Shown: piece by piece, positions 26,629 through 36,000 of the stretch | How positions within the stretch are numbered: the stretch's first letter is position 1 | Layout of the letters: every line of letters starts with the position of its first letter | Notes under the pieces: model-generated | The model's input: the letters and a program-made list of their open reading frames with translations, nothing else | Databases searched by the model: none | What the model was told of the DNA's origin: nothing | Made by a program: the position numbers and the translations under genes | NCBI RefSeq assembly: GCF_030268225.1 | Contig: NZ_BSQG01000011.1 | Coordinates: forward strand, 19,751-83,750 | Direction: 5' to 3' | Length of the DNA: 64,000 nt | Origin: Nocardiopsis ansamitocini | Lineage (GTDB): Bacteria > Actinomycetota > Actinomycetes > Streptosporangiales > Streptosporangiaceae

Positions 26629-28055
26629 GCGGAACGTTCGTCGGCATGCCCGCTTTCCCCGAGGCGGCCTCCGCCGCCACGCAGAACGCCCAACTGCGCC
26701 ACAATCTCCGCAAGGCCACCCACACGATCCGCGGCAAGCGGGCAGCGGTGGTGAGCGAACTCGACGACTGGGCCGAACTCCGCGCGGCGGGCAAGGCGAT
26801 CAAGGACCGCACCCTGCGCCACCTGGATGTCTATCTGGAACAGCTGGAGGAGGCGGTTACGGCCGCCGGCGGTCACGTGCACTGGGCCGCCGATGCCGCC
26901 GAGGCCAACGCCATCGTCACCCGACTGGTCCGGGCGACCGGCGAAACCGAGGTCGTCAAGGTCAAGTCGATGGCCACCCAGGAGATCGAACTCAACGAAG
27001 CCCTGGCCGAAGCCGGGATCACCGCCTACGAGACCGACCTCGCCGAACTGATCGTGCAGCTGGGAGAGGACCGCCCCTCCCACATCCTCGTTCCCGCGAT
27101 CCACCGCAACCGCGCAGAGATCCGGGAGATCTTCAACCGCACCATGGCCGAGTGGGGGGTTCCGGCCCCCGCGAACCTCAGCGACGAGCCACGTGCGCTC
27201 GCCGAGGCCGCACGTGTGCACCTGCGCGACAAGTTCCTCAACGCCAAAGTGGCGGTGTCGGGGGCCAACTTCGCCGTGGCCGAGACCGGAACCCTGGTCG
27301 TACTGGAGTCCGAGGGAAACGGGCGGATGTGCCTGACCCTGCCCGAGACGCTGATCTCGGTGGTGGGAATCGAGAAACTCGTCCCCACCTGGCAGGACCT
27401 GGAGGTGTTCATGCAACTGCTGCCGCGCTCCTCCACCGGGGAGCGGATGAACCCCTACACCTCCACCTGGACCGGGAGCACACCCGGCGACGGTCCCGGC
27501 GACTTCCACCTGGTGCTTCTGGACAACGGACGCACCGACGTCCTGGCCGACGAGGTCGGGCGCCAGTCGCTGCGCTGTATCCGCTGTTCGGCCTGCCTCA
27601 ACATCTGCCCCGTCTACGAACGGGCGGGCGGGCACGCCTACGGCTCGGTGTATCCGGGGCCGATCGGCGCGATCCTCACCCCACAGCTGCGCGGGACGTC
27701 GTCGGAACTGGATGCCTCTCTGCCCTATGCCTCCTCCTTGTGCGGCGCCTGCTACGAGGTCTGCCCGGTTGCCATCGACATCCCCGAGGTGCTGGTTCAC
27801 CTGCGCGGAAAGGTCGTCGAGGGCAAGGGCACCACCGTTGAACGCGTTGCCATGGGAGCGGCCGGGTGGGTTCTCGGCGACGAGAAACGGCTGGGTCTGG
27901 CCCAGCGGGCCGCCGGCAAGGCCCGCGGGCTCGTTCCCAAACGCCACCTGCCGGGACCGGGGGCGGCCTGGACCGACACCCGGGACATCCCCGACATCCC
28001 GGAGGAGTCGTTCCGGGACTGGTGGGCCGGGCGCGGACGGGGGCAGCAGCGGTGA
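26625..28055 (+). CDS. lutB: L-lactate utilisation protein B (4Fe-4S ferredoxin-type)
   Basis: CIRCSACLNICPVY and CGACYEVCPV cluster motifs. DUF162 region. GTGA overlap with lutA. Confidence 0.85.
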   Translation: MSGTFVGMPAFPEAASAATQNAQLRHNLRKATHTIRGKRAAVVSELDDWAELRAAGKAIKDRTLRHLDVYLEQLEEAVTAAGGHVHWAADAAEANAIVTRLVRATGETEVVKVKSMATQEIELNEALAEAGITAYETDLAELIVQLGEDRPSHILVPAIHRNRAEIREIFNRTMAEWGVPAPANLSDEPRALAEAARVHLRDKFLNAKVAVSGANFAVAETGTLVVLESEGNGRMCLTLPETLISVVGIEKLVPTWQDLEVFMQLLPRSSTGERMNPYTSTWTGSTPGDGPGDFHLVLLDNGRTDVLADEVGRQSLRCIRCSACLNICPVYERAGGHAYGSVYPGPIGAILTPQLRGTSSELDASLPYASSLCGACYEVCPVAIDIPEVLVHLRGKVVEGKGTTVERVAMGAAGWVLGDEKRLGLAQRAAGKARGLVPKRHLPGPGAAWTDTRDIPDIPEESFRDWWAGRGRGQQR

Positions 28056-28684
28056 GCGACGGGGCGCGGGAGCGCATCCTGGCCAAGGTGCGTGCGGCGT
28101 TGGCGGACGTGCCGCGCGGGGAGGAACCCGAGGACGTCGTGGTGACGCGCGGATACGTCCGGGCACACACCGGGGGCGAACTGATCGGGCTACTGGTGGA
28201 CCGGCTGACCGACTATCGAGCGGTGGTGCACCGGGTGCCCGCCGCGGAAGTGGCCGAGGCCGTCGCCCAGGCCCTGAAACGCCGGGGAGTGCGGCGGATC
28301 GTGGTCCCGCCCGACCTGCCCACGCGTTGGACGGCCGCCTCGTCGGTCGTCGCTGTCGCCGACGAGGCGCTGGCGGTCGCGGAACTGGACGGGGTGGACG
28401 GAGTGGTCACCGGCTGTGCGCTGGCGGTCGCCGAGACCGGGACGATCGTGCTGGACGCCGGCGTCGCGCAGGGGCGGCGCGCCATCAGCCTGGTGCCCGA
28501 CTACCACCTGTGCGTAGTGCGCGCCGACCAGGTGGTGGGCGACGTACCCGACGCCGTGGCCCTACTCGACCCGGGCAGGCCCCTCACCTGGATCAGTGGG
28601 CCGTCGGCAACCAGCGACATCGAACTGGACCGGGTGGAGGGGGTGCACGGTCCGCGCACCCTGGAGGTGGTGATCGCGGAGTGA
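28052..28684 (+). CDS. lutC: L-lactate utilisation protein C
   Basis: Operon position and LUD-domain-like sequence. GTGA overlap with lutB. Confidence 0.75.
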   Translation: MSDGARERILAKVRAALADVPRGEEPEDVVVTRGYVRAHTGGELIGLLVDRLTDYRAVVHRVPAAEVAEAVAQALKRRGVRRIVVPPDLPTRWTAASSVVAVADEALAVAELDGVDGVVTGCALAVAETGTIVLDAGVAQGRRAISLVPDYHLCVVRADQVVGDVPDAVALLDPGRPLTWISGPSATSDIELDRVEGVHGPRTLEVVIAE

Positions 28685-29120
28685 GGAGGGACGGTTCCCC
28701 GCCACTTCGACCCGACCGCCCCTCCTGTGCCGTCGGGGACGGGTCGTCGTCCTGCGTTGAGTCGACGACCGCGGTGGCTTCGACCTCGGCGAGCATGTCG
28801 GGCTCGGCCAGCGCGGCGACACCCACCCCGGTGAGCGGCGGGAACGCGGTGACGCCCAGCTTCGCCACGGCCCGCGCGGCTCCCTCGACGAACAAGGGCA
28901 TCTTGTCGGGGGTGAGCTCGACGACGTAGACGGTCAGTTTCGCGACGTCGTCGAAGGAGGCACCGACCTCGGCCAGCACGATACCGACGTTGAGGGAGCA
29001 CTGCTCGACCTGGGCGGCGTAGTCGCCTTCGCCGGCTCTGCCGCCGCCGGCATCACGGGCGACCTGGCCGGCGACGAACACCAGCTTCGTTCCGGTGGCG
29101 ACCGACACCTGTCGGTAGAG
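28593..29120 (-). CDS. RidA/YjgF-family protein with an approximately 55-aa C-terminal extension
   Basis: KLVFVAGQVA ... VELTPDKMPLFVEGAARAVAKLGVTAFPPLTGVGVAALAEPDMLAEVEATAVV matches the RidA fold. 5-prime end approximate (non-ATG start). The 3-prime end overlaps the convergent lutC by about 90 nt. Confidence 0.6.
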   Translation of the reverse strand, partial: LYRQVSVATGTKLVFVAGQVARDAGGGRAGEGDYAAQVEQCSLNVGIVLAEVGASFDDVAKLTVYVVELTPDKMPLFVEGAARAVAKLGVTAFPPLTGVGVAALAEPDMLAEVEATAVVDSTQDDDPSPTAQEGRSGRSGGEPSLLTPRSPPPGCADRAPPPPGPVRCRWLPTAH

Positions 29121-29233
29121 GTCGACCTTAGGCAGTTTTTCGCCACCGGACCGGGCTCCGGCGCTACGCCCGAGGATCGGGCACCGGTGAGCAACCGGAG
29201 CACCCCGGGGAAAGGCGGTGCGGCACACCCGCG

Positions 29234-29719
29234 TCAGGAAGGCTGGAGTTCGCGCACGAGATCCTCTTCGTTCTCCTTGCTGAGGTTGGTCTGGATAACG
29301 GCGGGATTCAGCGGCCGGAACGCCTCGACCACCCGGTCGACCGTGGCGGAGCGCGCCAGGAGGAACACCGCGGCCCTGCCCTGATCCAGTTGACCGCCGA
29401 TCTGTTTGATCAGGTCGTCGTTGATCCCGATGTCGGTGAGCCTGCCCGCAACGGCACCGGATGCGGCGCCGACGGCCAGGCCGAGGAGCGGGTTGAGGAA
29501 GAGCAGGCCGATCAGCGTCCCCCAGAGTGCGCCACCGGCGGCCCCCACTCCGGTGGTGTTGAGAGTCTGGTGGACCCGCGGTTTGCCCTTGTCGTCCTTG
29601 AAGACGTAGGCGGCGTCCTCCAACTGGAGCAGTTCCTGCTGGGACAGGTCCCCTGCGATGTCCAGCGCCCGCTCCGCGGTCTCCTTGTCGGCCACGCCCA
29701 ACACGACGAGGTGGGTCAT
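29234..29719 (-). CDS. DUF1269-family membrane protein
   Basis: MTHLVVLGVADKETAERALDIAGDL ... GVGAAGGALWGTLIGLLFLNPLLGLAVGAASGAVAGRL glycine-zipper core. Confidence 0.7.
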   Translation of the reverse strand: MTHLVVLGVADKETAERALDIAGDLSQQELLQLEDAAYVFKDDKGKPRVHQTLNTTGVGAAGGALWGTLIGLLFLNPLLGLAVGAASGAVAGRLTDIGINDDLIKQIGGQLDQGRAAVFLLARSATVDRVVEAFRPLNPAVIQTNLSKENEEDLVRELQPS

Positions 29720-30249
29720 AACGCGGTCCTCCCGTTTGGCGGCCCGGACGGGCCTGATCGGATTTCCTTGAGCGCTCCTGCCCGTCGGCGCACGGGGCTA
29801 GCACCACGGCCTTTCCCCGAACGGGCAAAACCCGTCCCCTCTCCGGACCGGGGCGGCGGTCCGGCCTTCCCAGCGCACGGAGCCTGCGGTGTCCACATGC
29901 CGGCACCGTCCGATGGCCGGCAGGCGTACCGAACTGTGCCGATTTGCCGGCCTTGATCGGATTTACGAAGCAATCTGGATTTTTCCCGGAACCAAGCGGC
30001 ACACTCCGGCGTCATAAGGAGTGTGTAAACGTCACCGAGCAATTCGCGGGGACGGAAAATGCGGGCGCTGTCCGCTCGGTCCGGGGTCGTTGGTTCGATC
30101 GGCCCCGACCGGGCGGATGACCACTTCCACTCCCGGACCGCGGAGCGGTTCTCGGCAGGGACCCCCTTCCCGGGTACGGCCGACCCGGAACTGGAAACGC
30201 GAAAGGCCCAATGGTCCGACCAACGCGGTAGAGGGGCTGACAGGTCTGT

Positions 30250-30891
30250 ATGCGTGACTTCTTCACGGCCGCCCTAGGCTTCCCTACTGTCCTGTTCAGC
30301 TTCGCCCTGCTCGTCGTCATCGGCTATTGGGCACTCGTGGTCCTGGGCGGACTCGGCGTGGACTCACTGGATCCCGACACCGAGGGGTTGGCCGACGGCG
30401 GCCTCACCGGTTTCCTGTCGGGCATCGGCCTCGGAGGGGTACCGATCACCGTGACTTTGTCCCTCGTCATCTCCGTGGCGTGGTTCGCCAGCCTGAGTGG
30501 CACCGCGCTCTTGGACGGCATCGACCTCGGCTCCCCGTTGACGCTGGCCGCCGCGGTACTCGTCCTGGTGATCGCGCTGGTCTGCGCTTGGGCGGCCGCC
30601 GCTGCACTGGGGGTACTGTGGCGACGCTTCGTCCCCGACGGACGCGAACCCTCCAAACGCGACTTCATCGGCCGGATGTGCGTGATCCGCACCGGGCGGG
30701 TGGACCGCGCGTTCGGTCAGGCAGAAGTCACCGCCTCCGATGGCTCCTCGGCCCTGATCCAGGTACGCCAGAACGGCGACGACCCCCTGACCGCCGGCTC
30801 GTCCGCGCTCATCTTCGAGTACGACCGCGAGGGCGCGTTCTTCTGGGTCACGGCCTACGACGCCGAACTCGACCCGCACCGCGCGACCTGA
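30250..30891 (+). CDS. NfeD-like/YqiJ-family membrane protein (partner of flotillin)
   Basis: Multi-TM N-terminus plus C-terminal beta-rich soluble domain. Sits immediately upstream of the flotillin gene, as in yqiJK-type operons. Confidence 0.6.
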   Translation: MRDFFTAALGFPTVLFSFALLVVIGYWALVVLGGLGVDSLDPDTEGLADGGLTGFLSGIGLGGVPITVTLSLVISVAWFASLSGTALLDGIDLGSPLTLAAAVLVLVIALVCAWAAAAALGVLWRRFVPDGREPSKRDFIGRMCVIRTGRVDRAFGQAEVTASDGSSALIQVRQNGDDPLTAGSSALIFEYDREGAFFWVTAYDAELDPHRAT

Positions 30892-30976
30892 GCGCCCCGG
30901 CTTGGCGCGGCCCGCCCACCGCACGGCCCGCCCACCGGCCCCGAAATCCCCTGACCACCGATCGCAAGGACCACGG

Positions 30977-33025
30977 ATGGAAACCATCACCACCGGGATC
31001 GGCGTGCTGATCGCCGTCCTCCTGCTCGTCCTCCTGGGGCTGCTGTTCGCCATCAGCCGACTGTTTCGCAAGGTCGAACAGGGCAAGGCCCTGATCGTCT
31101 CGAAGGTCAAGAAGGTGGACGTCACCTTCACCGGCGCCGTCGTCCTTCCGGTCCTGCACAAGGCCGAGACGATGGACATCTCGGTCAAGACGATGGAGAT
31201 CACGCGCACCGCCCACGAGGGTCTGATCTGCCGGGACAACATCCGCGCCGACATCCGCGTCACCTTCTTCGTGCGGGTCAACAAGACCACCGAGGACGTC
31301 ATCAAGGTGGCCCAGGCGATCGGCACCGAGCGCGCCAGCGACCAGTCCACCCTGCAGGAACTGTTCAACGCGAAGTTCTCCGAGGCGCTCAAGACCGTCG
31401 GCAAGCACCTGGACTTCGAGGAGCTCTACACCGAACGCGGGCAGTTCCGCGACCGGATCATCGAGTTCATCGGCACCGACCTCAACGGTTACAGCCTTGA
31501 GGACGCCGCGATCGACTATCTCGAACAGACTCCGATGGCCCAGCTCGACGCGGCCAACATCCTGGACGCTCAGGGCATCCGCAAGATCACCGAGCTGACC
31601 GCGGCGCAGAACATCCGCACCAACGAGCACAAGCGCCACGAAGAGAAGGAGATCGAGCGCCAGAACGTCGAGGCGCGCGAGGCCATCTACGCGCAGAAGC
31701 GCCGCGACGCGGAGAACGCCGCCAACAGCAAGCGCGACATCGAGACCAAGAACGCCACGACCGAGGCCGAGACCGAGATCGTGCGCGCCGACGAGCAGCT
31801 GCGGGCGCACGGTGCACGCATCCGCTCCGAACAGGAACTCGGCGTGCAGCGTGAGAACCGGGACCGTGAGATCGCGGTGGCCGAGAAGAACCGCGAACGG
31901 GTCATCGCCATCGAGACCGAGCGCATCGAGAAGGACCGCATGCTGGAGGTCATCTCCCGCGAACGCGAAACCGAGCTGTCGCGCATCTCCAAGGACAAGG
32001 AACTGGAGGCCGAGAAGCGCGAGATCGCCGAAGCCATCCGGGAGCGCATCGCGGTCGACAAGACCGTGGCCGAGCAGGAAGAGAACATCAAGAAGCTGCG
32101 GGTCGTGGAGGAGGCCGAGCGCCAGCGCCAGGCCACCATCATCCTGGCCGAGGGCGAGGCCCAGGAGCAGCTGGTGAAGGACATCAAGGCGGCCGAGGCA
32201 GCCGAACAGGCCGCCACACACAAGGCGCGCGAGGAACTCACCCTGGCAGAGGCGCGCCGGCAGGCCGCCGAGATGGACGCCGCAGCCAGTGTCCGCCTGG
32301 CCGAGGGCCGTCAGGCCGAGGCAGCCGCCGACGGACTTGCCGAGGTCCAGGTGCGCGAACGCGACGCCGAGGCCCTTGAGAAGATCGGCCGCGCCGAGGC
32401 CACGGTCAACCGCGAGAAGGCACTGGCCGAGGCGGAGGAGATCGAGAAGGTCGGTCGTGCCCGGGCTGTCGCCGACCGCGAGAAGCTGCGCTCCGAGGCA
32501 GAAGGTATCACCGAGAAGGCCGAAGCCATGGCCACGCTGGACGCCGCCACCCGTGAACACGAGGAGTACCGCCTGCGCCTGGACGCGGAGAAGGAGATCC
32601 GCCTCGCCGGGATCGACGTGCAGCGCCAGGTCGCCGAAGCGCAGGCCGGTGTGCTGGGCAAGGGCCTGGAGAGCGCCGACATCGACATCGTCGGTGGCGA
32701 CGGGATGTTCTTCGACCGGATCGTCAACTCCATCGGCATGGGCAAGGCCGTGGACGGGTTCGTCGCGCACTCCGAGGTCGCCCAGTCCCTGGCCGGCCCG
32801 TGGATGAACGGTTCCGCCGACCTGCCCGCCGACCTTTCCCGGCTACTGGGATCGGTGGACACCGGCGACATCAAGAACCTCACCGTGTCCGCCCTGCTGC
32901 TGAAGCTGATCAACGCGGGCGGCCCCAACACGGACGGGCTCCAGGACCTTCTGAAGTCCGCTCGGCGCATCGGCGTCGCCGATGCGCCCCTGTCCGAACT
33001 CGACACCCGCGCCGTGAAACGGTGA
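30977..33025 (+). CDS. flotillin-family SPFH-domain protein
   Basis: N-terminal TM helix, SPFH domain (ALIVSKVKKVDVTFTGAVVLPVLHKAE...), then a long EA-rich coiled coil with ERQ/AEA repeats. Confidence 0.85.
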   Translation: METITTGIGVLIAVLLLVLLGLLFAISRLFRKVEQGKALIVSKVKKVDVTFTGAVVLPVLHKAETMDISVKTMEITRTAHEGLICRDNIRADIRVTFFVRVNKTTEDVIKVAQAIGTERASDQSTLQELFNAKFSEALKTVGKHLDFEELYTERGQFRDRIIEFIGTDLNGYSLEDAAIDYLEQTPMAQLDAANILDAQGIRKITELTAAQNIRTNEHKRHEEKEIERQNVEAREAIYAQKRRDAENAANSKRDIETKNATTEAETEIVRADEQLRAHGARIRSEQELGVQRENRDREIAVAEKNRERVIAIETERIEKDRMLEVISRERETELSRISKDKELEAEKREIAEAIRERIAVDKTVAEQEENIKKLRVVEEAERQRQATIILAEGEAQEQLVKDIKAAEAAEQAATHKAREELTLAEARRQAAEMDAAASVRLAEGRQAEAAADGLAEVQVRERDAEALEKIGRAEATVNREKALAEAEEIEKVGRARAVADREKLRSEAEGITEKAEAMATLDAATREHEEYRLRLDAEKEIRLAGIDVQRQVAEAQAGVLGKGLESADIDIVGGDGMFFDRIVNSIGMGKAVDGFVAHSEVAQSLAGPWMNGSADLPADLSRLLGSVDTGDIKNLTVSALLLKLINAGGPNTDGLQDLLKSARRIGVADAPLSELDTRAVKR

Positions 33026-33032
33026 CGCGCCG

Positions 33033-36000
33033 GTGACCGACCTCGTCCAGGAGACAAACAACGACGACCGGGCCGGGCTCGACATGGGCACCTTCGAGGT
33101 GCTCCGGGCCCGGCTGGGCGAGCAGGCGGCCGAGCTCGCCCGGCGTGCCGAGTCCCTCAACGAACGACGTCTGGAGGTCTTCGGCGGGACCGAGCTGAAG
33201 CTGCTGGGCACCGAGCGCATCCGCACCGAGCACAACTGCGTGCCGCGCGACATCGTGTCGGTGGGCGGCGGTCTCATGCTGTTCGGCTACAACGTCTACA
33301 TCGGACTCAAGACCGGCACGCACGTCGAGGACGTCTTCTCGCTGCACCGTTTCGAGTCCGGTGCGGACGGCTTCTCCTTCGACGACCCCGGTCCGGGCGA
33401 GATGCCGGAACTGCTCGGCGACGAACGGTTCCGGCGCGACTTCTTCGACCTCTACACCTACTTCCGCGATACCCGACTGATCCAGCTGCGCCAGGTGGAA
33501 GGAAGGCTGCTGGCGGTTTTCCAGACCGGGCCCAGCCGCTCCGACGTCAAGGTGCTGCGGTGGCGCCTGGATCCCGAAGGAGCGGTCTCCTATCTGGACA
33601 ACCAGGGCGAACGCGACCACGTGTTCCCACCCCAGCAGGACTTCTCCTGGGTGGAGGCCACCCGGGAGGACCACGTCACCGGACGGCACCCGCACATCTC
33701 CATCGACGACGAGTTGTTCGTGGAGACGGTGGGGGGCGACCTCACCGTGAAGGTGGAGAACAACACCGAGACCGGCGAGGGCATCTACAGCGAGCCGGTG
33801 GACGAGGCGTTGCAGAGCCTCGCCGACGCCGACGTGTTCCACGCCCGGGTGGGGCCGCTCATCCTGCTGCGGATCCGGCCCTACAAGGAGACCGAGTGGC
33901 GCCACCTGGTGTTCAACACCAGGACCAAGGACGTGGCGCGCCTGGACGGCATCGGGCGGGCCTGCCAGCGGCTCCCCGAGGACCAGGGGCTGATCTTCCC
34001 CGGGGGCTACTACCTGTCCACCGGCCTGGCCCGGACGTTCGACACCGACGTCACGGACCTGGAGTTCAAGCGCCTGATCCGCTCCCCCAACGGGGAGGAC
34101 GTGCTCTACGTCTTCCACTCCCCCGCGGACGGCCGCATCCTGCTGCTGCCCTACAACGTGATCCGCAAAGAGGTCGCCGCCCCGGTCTCCTGCCACGGTT
34201 ACTCGATCTTCGACGACGGCACCATGGTGGTCTTTCGCTCCGCTTCCCAGGAGCCCACCCGGGTGCACCCGATGCAGGTGTGGCAGTCGCCGTACCAGTC
34301 CGACTCCTTTGCCGCGGCGCAGCCCAGCGGCACCGGGCCGCTGGAACGGGTGGGCAACGCCGACCTGGTGCGGGGCATCTCCGACGCCCTGTCGGTCACC
34401 CGCATGGTCGACGACATGGCCCCCTCGACCCCGGTGTTCGAGGGGTTGATCGCGGCCTGTCGGCGCACCGCGGACCAGTACCACTGGCTGGGCGAGGAGG
34501 AACTGCACGATCTCGGCGAACCGCTCGCCGAGGTGCGCACCACCGCCGAGCAGGTGCTGGACGAGTTCGAGAAGGTCCAGACGCTCACCGCGCAGGCCGC
34601 GCAGTCCCTGGAAGCGGCCGAGTCGACGGTCGCCGCCCTCGTGCGCCGCGTACGCGGCGAGGCACCCGCCAGCGCCGACGAATGGGTACGCCGGCTCGCC
34701 GAACTGCGCCGCGCCCAAGGACACCTGGAGACACTGCGCGAACTGCGCTACGTGGACGTCGACCGGCTGGACGGCATGGCCGCCCAACTCACCGGGGACC
34801 TGTCCGCTGCGGGGAAGCGGGCGGTGGAATTCCTGCAGGGCGAGGACGCCTTCACCGGCTACCACCGGGACGTGGATCTGCTCGTCGAGGAGGCGGGAGC
34901 GATCGCGACGGTCGCCGACGCCGCCCCCGTCCAGGAGCGCCTGGCCGAGCAGACCGAGGGCCTGGAGATCGTCACCGAGGTGGTGGGCTCCCTCGACATC
35001 GCCGACGCCACGGCGCGCACGCACATTCTGGAGCGCATCGGGGAGGTCCTGGGGTCGGTCAACCGGGCTCGTGCGACCCTGGCCGCCCGTCGCCGCGAGC
35101 TGCTGTCCACGGAAGGCCGCGCCCAGTTCGCAGCGGAGTTCGCGCTACTGGGCCAGTCGGTCACCGGGGCGATCGCCGCGGCCGACACCCCTGACGCCTG
35201 CGACGAGCAGCTGGGCCGGTTGATGCTCCAGGTGGAGAACCTGGAGTCGCGCTTCGGGGAGTTCGACGACTTCCTCGACGAGTTGGAGGCCAAACGCGAG
35301 GACGTCTACGAGGCGTTCTCCGCGCGCAAGCAGGCCCTGCTGGACGAGCGCACCCGCCGGGCCGACCGGCTCGCGGAGTCCGCCGAACGCATCCTGGGCA
35401 GCGTGGGCCGCCGGGTCGCGGGCCTGGGGTCCATCGACGAGGTGAACACCTACTTCGCCTCCGACGCGATGGTGGCCAAGCTGCGTTCGACGGCCGGTGA
35501 ACTGCGCGCGCTCGGCGACCAGGTACGTGCCGAGGAGATCGAGGGGCGGATCAAGTCGGCTCGCCAGGAGGCCGGGCGGGCACTGCGTGACCAGCTCGAC
35601 CTGTTCACCGACGGTGGGGAGGCGATCCGCCTGGGCAGCCACCGCTTCGCCGTCAACACCCAGCCCCTGGACCTCACGCTGGTCCCGCACAACGGGCGCA
35701 TGGCCTTCACCATCACCGGGACCGACTACCGGTCGCCGGTACGAGCGGAGGGCTTCGACGCGACCCGGCCGTTCTGGGAGCAGCACCTCGTCTCGGAGAC
35801 CCCCGAGGTCTACCGGGCGGAGTTCCTGGCCGCCTCCGTCCTGGCCGACGCCGAGGCAGGAGAGGGCGAGCACGACCTCGCGGCACTGCACGAGGCCGCC
35901 GCGAGCGGCGAACTGGCGGCGGTGGTGCGTCGGGCCGCTGAATCCCGCTACGACGAAGGCTACGAGCGGGGTGTGCACGACCATGACGCCACCGTGATCC

